Translations under genes and position numbers: made by a program | Shown here: one piece after another, positions 50,474 to 61,919 of the stretch | How the letters are laid out: each line of letters starts with the position of its first letter | How positions within the stretch are numbered: position 1 is the first letter of the stretch | DNA from: Amoebophrya sp. A120 | Lineage: Eukaryota > Protista > Dinoflagellata | NCBI GenBank assembly: GCA_905178155.1 | Contig: CAJINV010000010.1 | Coordinates: forward strand, 124,001-188,000 | Reading direction: 5' to 3' | Length of the DNA: 64,000 nt | Notes under the pieces: generated by a model | Seen by the model: the letters and a program-made list of their open reading frames with translations, nothing else | What the model was told of the DNA's origin: nothing | Database searches by the model: none

Positions 50474-53400
50474 TCACATTAAGTTGTCAAACAGCAAGCT
50501 TCTGTGATCCTTCTTGACGGTGGTCTGTTTCCGCTCGGAGGAACGGTCGCTGCTGCTTGCCGAGTATGCATTGCAAATATGGCTGGGTCTGGAACTCTGC
50601 AACTTGTCATGCTAAATCTGGACCAGGCAAAAATCTGCGTTGCATGGTTACCAAATGCTGTCCACTTTTGATCAAGTTGACGACAGGCAGTTTCTCATGC
50701 AGGCTGGGCTTGATAGTCATTGCACTGAGTCTGTCATGCTAGCAGGTCCTCCATTGCAGATCATATGGGTCATGGAAACCCTGCATGACAAGTTTAGCAA
50801 TCCTTCAGTCAGACCCAGATATATTATTTCCATTTGATACCGAGTCGTCATCCGGGTCTGCCCGCTTGGAGGTCATGCTCTTCCCCGACGCTCCGCTCTT
50901 CATCGACGCTCCGCTGAGGACCGAGATGTTCTTGCTTTTCCGCATGCTGTATCAATTGCAAGAGTGTCTGGGTCTGGAAGAATGCGCGATTTGTCATGCT
51001 TGTCTGGCATGACCAAAAAGTTTGTGATGCGTGTCCAAGAAGAGACGCCTTTGCGTGTCATGTAAAAACGCAGTTTGTCATGCGACAAACGCAACACAAC
51101 GAAGCGCAGACATTTCTCATGCTTGGCTGTGCATTACAGAGCGTTCACTACTCCCACCGCAGCGTTACAAGTTTCCAGACCCAGACATTTTTACAATCCA
51201 TATGCTCTGATTCCCCGCAGCATCCGGGCTCAGTTGCTCCATCTCCTCTTTTGGTGCTTTCGGGTATCCGAAGGAAAAGATTTACCATTTTGTTCATGCG
51301 CCATTCAAATTTCAGCATGACAAAACTTTCTCACAACTCCAGCAAATCTAATGTTCATCTGCACGCCAAATGGCATCCTCCGATGGATTTCAAAAAAATT
51401 CTTTTGATGCATTTGTACGGTAGATCGTGTACGGTAAATGTTTCTTGCATATCAGCACCGACTGAAGCGTGGAGTTCATCCCCCCGTCTCCCCCTCCAGC
51501 AGCGATGTCTTTCTTGCCCTGTATGAGAGTGCACAACTCCCCATCCTCCTCCTTTGTGTAGCATGAACGACAATACAAGCGTCAGCAAGAATACCGGTTT
51601 CGCATGGCAAATTTTCCCAGGAGTGTAGTATTTGTATTGCTTGGGCTTCTGGTGTTTGTCATGCAAGCAGCGCCAAGAGGCACAGCCTGGATTTGGTATT
51701 CTGCATGACAAATGAGGGGGAGGGGGAGTTGTGCAGTGTCATACTCTGCGTGGTTTTCCCGGAAAGAAAATTCCTGCCATCACCCGATGACTGGACCCAG
51801 TCCCCTGGCTCTTGAATGCTCGGGTACTTCTCACGCCCCGACACCCCCGCCGCTTGCGTCGTGCCACGCGCCGAAGCGTTGGGAACTGCGACAGACGGTG
51901 TGGGCACAGCCATGCCGCGCTGAACCGCGACAGGGCTCACCGCGAGCGGGTTGCTGTCGGAAGCATCCTCGTCCTTCGACGACTTCTCGCTCTTCTTCGT
52001 TTTCGGATTAGGAATTCTCGCTCCCGCGGAGGATGCTGGTAATCCGGCCTGGGTAGAATTCCCGGCGGTTGTGTATGAAAGCCTCAGGTTGAAAATCCTC
52101 AAAATGGAAATTATAATTTGTGATGCAAAAAAACGACTCCACTTGAAGCGGCATTTGTAGTCGGCGCATGACCACAAATTTCCCTGGCACTTAAAGCATG
52201 TCTGTCATGCAGGTTAAGGCAAAGGGGTGCCCTTCTGTCGTGCTAAGCAGCACTCCAATTCTTCAACCCTAGCAGGACAATAGTCGCCTCCTTTGCGTCC
52301 TGTGCAATACAGTCTTTTTTGCGTCGCATTTCATGCATCACAAATCATTTCCACTTTGATGAGGATTTCCATTCTGAGGCTTTCATATTGTGTCATCCAA
52401 GCGGAGGTAGGGTGTGGTGGAGTTGTCCCTAGTTTGTGATGCAAAAATGCAAAAGCATCGCACTAGCACTACTATCTAAATTGCATTTTACAAACTCTTA
52501 TTTCACGGGAAGACGTAGAAATGGGACTTTTCTCTAATGCAGCTGAATCGCCTAAGAAACCAGATTTGTTCATATTGTGCATGCAGTATTGAAATCACTA
52601 CGAGTCAGTGCGATCTTTATCATTTCCAATTGATATCATCTGTTGCTCGGAGGCATTTCTTGTAGTTCCATCCCCGCGAGAGGGCAACGAACTGGCCCCA
52701 CCAATCGTCTGCGAAGGATCGGAGCGCCCCGACGCGTCGGATTTTTGCCGGCCCGTCTGGCGCGGGAACAGGCCAGAGGGTACTGGCGGGACGGTGGACA
52801 TGTTGTTTATCCCGCCGCCCACACTTGCGGTGCTCGCCCCGGAGTGATCGCGGCGCGAGGACTTCTCTTTCCGGCTCTTCTTCTCTTTTATTTCCACCTT
52901 TTCTCCCTTCTGCTCCGGCGGCGTGGTGTTACCACCAACATGCCGTTTCTCCAACGACGTCGGGTGCAGGTGGATATCCTTGTAGTGCTCGATGTGGCCC
53001 TCGTATCCACTGGAGAAGTATCGTACTGATAGTAGTTGCAGCTACCGTGCATGACAAATGTTTTCTTTTTAGGTAAAATAGCATTACAAATTGCATTTTT
53101 CTTCTTGAAAAAATTTGTGATGCAATGTATACTAGTACGTGTACGACACTTTTGCAATGCATACATCGGCATCCGGGACGATGCCGCTGGGTACCGCCGG
53201 AACCGAGGGATCCGCCGCGGAGGAGTGGGCGCCGACCTCGCCCGCAGCGGGCTTGCCGTCGGGGAACAAGCCGGAGGGAAGTCCTGGCATGGATGACGCA
53301 TCCAGCGTGCCCTTTTTCTGGAGCGACTGGTCGTTGGAGGACTGTTTCACTCCCGTTGGCTGTACGGTCACTCGGGACGCGTCAATCCCGGAGCCCAGCG

Positions 53401-56400
53401 ACTGATTGCCTGTATGCATTGCAAAAGTATCTTCGTGTTCGTGTGGTGTACGAATTGCATGACAATTGCTTTTACTCCATAGGAAAGGTGAGGTGCAGAT
53501 CTGTGAGGTTTTTTTAGGTCAGGAAAAAGAATGCAAAACTGTAGTCATGTACTACGATGGCCATTCTAATAAATATACGCCGGCGCGAAGGACATCACTT
53601 TTACAAATGTCATAGCTTCCTTTCTTGGACAAAATCCTGTCGCCCAGCGCAATAGCCTCATCCCCCTGTTCGGGTGCGGGAGCGGGAGTTGTGGCCGCGT
53701 CTCCGACCTCTTCTGCCTCGTGTTCCTCCTGGTGGGCTGCAAAATCGGCCTTCGCGCGCATGAGTCCCATCCCGGCGTCGACGGTAAAATGCTCTTTCTT
53801 CCCGAACTTGACGCCCACCTTCTTCACGTGCAGATTCAAGTTCAGGTTTTCCTTCGTCACTTCGGGGATGTGCTTCTTGTGCATTTTGTGATTCATGTTC
53901 GCAGTTTCCTGCGCCATCAGCATGGTCGACGCGGGCGCGACAAAATCCTTCCACTTCTTGCCGCGCTTCTTCCCCTCCTCGGTGGCAAAGATGCCCGAGG
54001 GAAGCGCCGTCGCCGCGTCGATATCCACCGCGCCGCGCTGCTGGCCAGGCTTGATCTTTTTGCTTTTTTTCCCGTCCTTCGGCTCTTCTTCTCCGGGCTG
54101 GACCGGAGGAAGAATTCCCACGGGCGGAATCTTCCTGGTTTCCTCCGTATGCAATACAAATTTCCCGGACATGTGCAAAATGCATCACAAATCTCACCAA
54201 TTTGGAGTGTAACACTTGTCATGCTAAACTAGGACCGAAGCTCAATTTTGTCATGGAGAGACTGCATTTGTAGTTGTACGTGTAGGGGAAATCTACTGTG
54301 GATACTCCGTAATCTCCTTCACCATCTCCAAATCCTTGGGGCTCGCCAGCTGCTGAAAGTCCGCATCTTCGATGAGCTATCCTGTGCAAAAGTATCGTAC
54401 TCGTATTGCAGTCATGCATTACAAATCATCTTGTTAAGGCAAATTAGCATTACAAATTTCATTTCTCATGCTGAGGAAATTTGTAATGCATTTATACGAG
54501 TACGATACTTTGCAATGCATATAAACGCCTCCATCCCGTGCCCGTGCGCGCCGCCCTTCATGCCCTTCCGGTGCTTTTTGCGCTCCTGCTTGTACTTCTT
54601 CCGCCGTTCCTCCAGGGTTAGCGTCTTATCTTCATATCAACTGCAAAAGTGTCTGGGTCTGGAAGGATGCGAACTTGTGATGCTGCATTTGGATGCTACA
54701 AAAATCTGTATAATTGCATGAACAGCAAAAGCGGTACATTTTTTGCCACGAAGAGAGGGCTTTTGCTTTTCTCAATGAGCGGCATAGGCATTAGAAAGCC
54801 CTCACAAAATCTGTGATGCTAGGGCATCCATCACAGACGTCAGGACTCATGCAAAATGTGCATCACACATTCCAGACCCAAACATTTTTGCATTTGATAC
54901 TTCATCCGTCAGCGCCATTGTGGCCCGCTCGTCATCGTCATCCAGGTCGTCGACCAACCTTTCCGCCAGAAACTCCGCCGCTTGCGGCGAGAACCCGTGT
55001 TGTTGGAGAGCTTGCTCCGTCTCCTTCTGTTGTTTTTGCCGTTCGGCCAAATTCATCAAAAACTCGCGCATGCGTCCCACGTACTCCGGCCCGTCATCCC
55101 AGCTCAACCCAAACTGCATCAGGACTTTCTCGTCCCCATCGCCACTGGGACGCAGTAAAAACTCTCCGTCATGCACGTACTTGTCGCAGATTTGGTTCGC
55201 GCACATTTTTATGCAATGCAAAAGCATCGTACTAGTATAAATGCATTACAAATTGACTTAGCATTACAAATTAAATTAAATTTGTAATGCGGATTGGCCT
55301 TCAGAAAAGGATTTGTAATGCATGATTGCAATATGAGTACGATACTTTTGCAGTGCATAGTTTTCGCGTAGCCGCCCGAGACACCGGCGTCAATCAGCGC
55401 GTTCTCGACCACAGTGGGATCCAAATTCACCTCGATAGACTTGCGGGCCGGGTGCTCCGAGATGAAGTGCTTCTCGTCGAAACTCAAAGCGTCCCCCTTC
55501 GCGTTGGGCGCCCCGTGGGGGTCTGCCTCCGTTTCGGTGCCGGTCGTGTCGCCCCCGGGCGTTTTTTTCTTCGCTTTCAACTTCTTCTTCGCCTTCTTCT
55601 TCGGCTGCTCGACCGGCGGCGGAGGGGGCTGCTGCACCACGACGGGCGGGTGGTAGGGCACGGGCTTCTTCTCCTCGTCGGCCGAAGAAGAAGTGTAGAT
55701 GAACCAGAAAAGCAGGCCCAGCCCGATAAGGCCGAGGATCGAGCCCGCGACAATGGCGATGATCTTACCGCACCCGAGGCCCTGCTGAGCTCCACCGGAA
55801 ACGAGGACGTTTTCATTTGTCACGGTGGTTGTCATTTGGTCTGCCTCCGTGAGCATTTGGTGATTTGGGTCATCTGCAGCGTACGTGGAATAGGCCGGTC
55901 CACCCTGATGCGGAGTCGGGGGTGTATATTCCTGAACAAGTGGCACAGTACCCACGAGTGTGGCCGACTTCTCCTGCTTCTTCTGCAGCACATCCATTTC
56001 CACAAAGGCCGACGTGCTCGCCGTGGCCGTGGAGAACTCCGGATCGAGAAAAAAGTGCGACGAGGCTTTTTTCTTCAACATCTTCGCTTCTTCCTCCTGT
56101 TATGCATTGCAAAAGTATTGTAAGTACTAGTGGAAATTGCATATACACGACATCATCAACTGGTGGAAATAAAACCGAAATACCACTTTTCACAAGCACA
56201 TTAAAAAACCAGATATAGTGATGCATGTATAATTTGCAATCAGGAGTACAAGGACAATACTTTTGCAGTGCATCCCTGTTCGCCATCCTCATCTCCACTC
56301 GGCTCTTTGACCGCGCCAGTGACCGCTCCGGCGATGTTATGAGAGTGCGCAAGAACTATACCTCCTCGTTCCCTCATTCGGGATGCAAATTGCTGAAGCT

Positions 56401-57282
56401 AGTTCGTGCTGGCCTTTGGAGGTACCGTTTGCATGACAAATTTCTGAAGTACTTTAACCAGTCCGGCACTGTGTCATCTATTACCGTGCTTCCTTTCTTG
56501 CTGCTCATGCCCTTGTTACAAACTCAAACGAGGGAAGTTGTACCAGATATACTCATTCTTGTGCACTCTCATACAAGTCGAGGACGTATTGAAACATCCA
56601 CGCAGGCTATCCAAGAAAAAAACACCATCACAACCACATTTAGAAGGTTACGCATCAGAAATTTCTCTCGCATGACAATTTTTTCTTGTATTGCAAAAAC
56701 ACAAAGGGAAAAAATCGCCAATAACTCTTGACTGTGATGCATTTTTGCGCATGACAAAAGTTTTTGTATTGCAAAAATGTGCAAAAGTGATTGTGATGGT
56801 GTTTTTTTCCTGAATACAGGCTCGTCCCCGTTTCGCCGCTCCATGAACTTCTTGGTTTTGCTCTGCCCATTCTGTAGGGTAGAGGAGCTGAAGGGGAAGA
56901 CGGAAGTGGCTACTCCGGCGTGCTGCGAATTTTGTTCAACATCCGGCTTGCTAGACTCCGCTTCTGCTACTTCTGTGTTTTCATTTTGCTTTTGGCCGAG
57001 GACTTGTTGTTCCTTGTTCTCTGCTGTAGTACTCTCATCGTCGACCTTCAACGCCCGATCTGCCTGCAATTGTTCAGCATTTTCTGCACGCCCATCCGAC
57101 GCCTCTATGTGCATGCGCGGCTTCAGGGCAGAAACTTGTTGGAAGGTGTCCGTAGTTGTACCCAGAAGTAGGGTTATGAACTGCAGTACTGCAAGGCGCT
57201 TGGTCGCCGTTGAACCAATCCTCGCCGTGGCGAGAGGTCCTCGTAACGCACGGGCGCTCATTAGGATCTTGCTCTGCTCCAT
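50474..57282 (-). CDS. QSDR-family membrane protein with long cytoplasmic tail; ~15 introns
   Basis: LQADR, QNGQSKTKKFMERRNGDEP|AWMFQYVLD|xAG, TM IIAIVAGSILGLIGLGLLFWFIY. Not every junction traced, so it could be two genes. Confidence 0.65.
54148..54304. mobile_element. Introner family I (TATGCAATACAAATTTCCCG...GGGAAAnnnACTGTGGATA, ~150-245 bp); representative copy
   Basis: TSD ctccg. Other copies: 16329-16493, 16499-16652, 17229-17407, 25439-25653, 31966-32149, 32234-32479, 36794-36946, 59217-59437, and reversed at 51265-51451. Confidence 0.9.
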
Positions 57283-58402
57283 TTTGATTCGATTATCTGG
57301 TCTTACTTCAATTCAGATTCAGTCTCGATTTTTGAGCAAGCTGCGCGATGTTGAATCAGTAACATTCATCTTGTTGTTCTAGTTCTTCGTCCGTAATTTG
57401 TCTAGTATAGAAAAAAAACAGTCAGAATGCGCAGCTATTGAGTGAAATTTGGTGTCATTTTCTTTGTCTGATTGCACGACCCCACTTCCATCTCTTTTCG
57501 AAGAGCCACACGATATGCCAATGAGGCATACGTCGCGTGCGATATCACCGCCATATTATACGACGAAGACGATCTTCCGGTCGGAATACGAAAAAGCACG
57601 AAGGTGGTTTTCGACGGCAATAGTAAACGACGACCATCATGCAGATTACGAATAGCGACAACGAAGACAACGACCCTGACGACACCAGATGAGATGCGCC
57701 GGAGCTAAAATTTCATAAGATGAATTTTACGATGGACGAAGTTGTACCTAATGTCAGCTAGACAAGCCTTCAGGACTAAACTCCTTCAACGCGGCGAGGA
57801 CTTGATTTTCAAACTAAATCACAAGCGCAGGTGGAGCAGCTGCTTTATGCGTAGACGAAGGTGAGATCCTTCTGGCTGTCTACTTGCATCTTTCCTTGCA
57901 GCGCGCTTTAGCCTCTGCGCAATACCTGACGGGCCATAGTATTTTCAAATTTTTGTACAGTGGTTCAACTTCAATGGTTTGTTACTGTTCGTAAAATGTA
58001 GCTCTCGCTCGGGCACGAAGATCAGCACAACGTCGTGCTCATCGTGAAACAAGCTACGAAAAAGACCACCTACTTCCTTCGCAACTACTGAAACTGATAC
58101 TGAACAAATCTCTTTTACAAGACACGACAGTGCGGTCATAATATCATGAAATCTTGAAACAAAAGATAGGCCTTGCGGCGAACACGACACATTTTCTTCC
58201 GCGCATGCGCATTAAAATGGTACACAAAGATCGGAAATCAAATTTACGAAACACATGAAAAAGATGAAACTGATGGTTGTCAATTGTCAAAATGAACATT
58301 GCAATACTCTGATCAAAAACAAAAAAATGTGGTTGTAAAAGCGAAATGAAAACATTGAAACTGAAATAATTAGATTTTGCTCTTCATCGACATTGTTGAG
58401 CA

Positions 58403-61400
58403 CTAGTCGCGCGCCGTGGGCGAGTTGTTTCTCGAGGCGGCTTTGGCGGTTGTTACGACTGCAGCGAAGCTCATGATGCTATCCTCCGGTGCGTTCTTGA
58501 TGACTCGCTTGGCCGCTGCCGCAAACTTTGCCTTCCCCTTCGGTTTCGCCTTTTTACTTCCCCCGGCGTCGCTGTCCACCGATTTCGGAGTGCTGTTCGA
58601 TTTTGGTGTGCTGTTCGATTTCGGCTGTGCCGCTGGGGATTTGCTTTTCGAAATGATCGCGCTTTTCAGACCCGCCTTGTACACTGCTGCATACTCCTGA
58701 AAACTTGTGTTCGATTGTCTACTAGTTCGACTGTTGATGTTACTGGAGGCATTGCTCGCGTTACTCTCGAGGACTTTATTTCGGCTGTTACTGGTAGTGC
58801 TGTCGTTGGACTGGGGCTTCAGAAAAGACGGGCGATCGCGAAAACCGGTCAGGTCGCCGGTCACGCCAACGGGCAGGTCGTTGGAATCTACTCCGGGCGA
58901 CTTCATGGTGGTGGTCACTTCCGGTGGTCCGCCGGTTTTTTCAGGGTGGTCATCAAAGCCGCGGTTGAAAATGCTGGACTTCTTACACTATACAGTGCAA
59001 AAGTATCGTGCTACTATAAATTGCATTACAAATTTCCTCAGCGTCAGCATTAAGTAATGCGGATTTACCTCGGGAGCATGACTGCAATTACAACGAGTAC
59101 GATACTTTTGCACAGGATACACTCCTGCTTTTCAACTGCACCTCTTGTACTTGTTGATCAACAACTTCTGGCGCCCCGCCGGCACTCGCTAGTGATGCTT
59201 TGGCGCTTTTCATTCATATGCAATAGAAATTTATTTTCCCGCACAGGAGGAGGTACAAACGCAGGTACAAACTTTGCGAAGGAGAAGCAGATGAACCTGA
59301 ACAAGCATGAAACTTGTGAAGATGTCGAATCGATGTGCTTGCAGCTGCGGAAAAGTTTTATCGTAAAAAAATGCAGTGTCAGCATCGGATGTGCTTCTTG
59401 TACGTCGTGTACGGAACTAAGTTTAGTTATGTGGATACACGACCGACTGCTCCCCGATCGGTTCATTGGCTGAGTGCTCGAGCTCGCGGCTTTGTCATAT
59501 CGCGGGGAAAAAAACGTGTTGACGTTCAGACACAGGAGAGAAAGGGCCGCATAGATGCATATGCATTGCATGCATGATACAGAAAATCTGTCATGCAGGA
59601 CAGCACCAGAAAGTGCCAGTTGTAGTACTAGCCCTCAAACATTTACATTAACGTTAACAACTACAACACTTCTTTTTTTCTGTGATATGCCAAAGCTTTC
59701 CGCCAAGATCGCAGCCTTCGCTTGCGGATTAGCCTTCAGGATGTTTTTCGCCGCAGTGACAAATTTTGGACCCTTGACTTCGTATGCATGGCAAAGTTGT
59801 ATTGTCCCAGCATGACAAGCGTAAATTATCGCAGTTAGAAAACTACAATTGTCAACATGCAGCAGGTAGTAAAGCAAGAACGAAGTCTGATGTCATGCAG
59901 GAGCAGGACGTCAGCAATTCACTTTACAGGAGTTTGCGATACAATTACAACTTTTGCAGATCATACTCCTGCCTTGGCCTTCTTTTTTGGCTTCTTGCCT
60001 TGTCCGAAGGCATCCTCGTCAGCAAAGGTGTGAATCAAATCTGCACCGGGGCCAGGTTTGCGGGGTGCGCGCTGCCAAACTTTCATATCGACAGTATGCA
60101 ATCGTTACGGGTTCTTGTACCGCACGTGTTGTACAAATAAATGGTGCACCAGGGACTTGAACTTGTCATGCAAGATGAAAAATGCAATGACATTTGTACA
60201 CACAACATGATACAAAAACTTGATTATTTCCTGTTCATAAACATCTCCTTTGCCCCCGTACATCAGATCACCCTCGAAGCCGTCCGTGCTGGGCACGATC
60301 CCGGGACCGGTCGTGGAGCCCATGACCCCGCCTGATCCAAGGAGGGCGGAGTCCATCTCGCCTGCGGCTGCCGCGGTGTCGTAATCTCTATGCAGGAAAA
60401 AAAGATTGTAGGCGTAACTTTCTTGGAGGATTAGCATGACAAATATTTCTCGCATGACAGCAAAGACCTGTCATGCGCAGATAGTAGCGGAAAACGCCGC
60501 TGAATGGACCCGACAGCGCAGGCACAGCATGACAGGCGCAATCAATTTGCATGCTGCGCATCACAAATTTACACTAACGCTCTTTTTTCCTTGGATAATC
60601 CCCAGTGGACCCGCAGTACCCCATGTACACCATACTCGCGATGACACTATCCTGTGCAAAAGTATCGTACTCGTACTAATTGCAAGTCTTGCATTACAAA
60701 TCTCTTTCTTGAGGCAAATCCGCATTACAAATTTTATTTCTCATGCTGAGGAAATTTGTGATGCATTTATACGAGTACGATACTTTTGCAGTTCATACAC
60801 ACCCCCGACGACCAAAACGACACAGATCGCCGTGACGGTAACGCAGCAACCGCCACAGCAGTTCTCCTCCGCACTGGTGATAGTGGTCGTTTCTTCCACG
60901 GTATTTTGCGTTGAAACGGTGGTCCCCGGGCCTGGTGCTGCTGCACCTCCTGCTTGGACAGGTGGCGATTGTGGGGCTGCTGGTGCTGCAGGAGGTGCTC
61001 CCCCTCCTGCTGGTTTCCTCGGTGCTGCTGGCTGCTTCCTATTTATCACTAGCGCTTGCTGCGCTATTTTTTGTGTCTCCAGAAATGTCGCCGACGCCGT
61101 TGCGGTTGTTTTTTTGACAACATCTTGCTGGTCCCCTGCTGCAGACGTACTGCTGTCCGAGAAAAGAAAGTCGCTGTCAGTGATCGAGTTTGTCGTTTCC
61201 CCGGCGCCGTCGGTGTCGCTAGTTGTAAACAATGCGCCGCCGCTGATCAAGTTCTCCGTGACTGAACCGGCAAAGTCCAATACGTATTGAAACATCCACG
61301 CTGGTTCGTCATTCTTCCGTCGCTCCATGAACTTCTTTGTCTTGTTCTGCCCGTTCAGCATGGCGCTGAAAGAGGAGGAAAGCTGGTCCAGGCTGGGGTC

Positions 61401-61919
61401 GGTGCTGTGGAGCAGGTCATTGTTGGGTATTGAGGGTAACAAAGATGCTGGGTCCTCTCGTCGTGTCTGTGCCGTTTGGGTTTGCTCGCGATGTGGTCGG
61501 CCAAGGTCGTCTTCTACTCCAGTTTTGAAATCATCATGATCTGTCGCAGCGGCGGCCTTCTCGTCTGGAGGTTCTACTTGCGTGGAAGATTTATTTCCGC
61601 TGTCGTTTTCTTCTTCGACATCTTCTTCATTGTTTTTTCTTTCCTCGTGCACCACCCCAATCTTCCGGTCGGACTGGATGTTGTACTGCTCGGCGTTCAG
61701 AGCTTCGACAAAGGGAACTTGGCCTCCCACCAGGTGGGAGGACAAGGACAAGAAAAATGCGTGGTCAACATTGGGAGTACATCCTAGCAGAACAAGAGGC
61801 ACTCCTATCGCCAATTTCATTGCCTGCTGCAGTGCTTGCTGTTGCCGTCTTCGTAAACCACTACGTACGGGAGCGGCAACAACTGAGCAGGGTAGCGGTA
61901 CAGGAGTCCTCATTTTCAT
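58403..61919 (-). CDS. QSDR-family membrane protein; ~7 introners
   Basis: IQSDRK, NGQNKTKKFMERRKNDEPAWMFQYVLDFAG, TM CCGGCCVTVTAICVVLVVGGV, Ser/Lys-rich last exon. Confidence 0.7.

Noticed and set aside
8777-60797. Recurrent ORF peptides (FQTQTFLHLI, LQKYRTRI, YDSAQLP, NFDDFKPD) as a repeated protein domain
   Set aside because: They are translations of introner TIRs, appear on both strands and run into stops.
16329-60797. General drift of upstream TSD copies towards G to create GT donors
   Set aside because: Seen in four elements (16329, 40237, 56338, 60648), but five other last-base mismatches go other ways.
60436-61290. Long plus-strand ORFs (also 55326-56123 and 40830-41555)
   Set aside because: Antisense shadows of minus-strand exons that carry the conserved family motifs.
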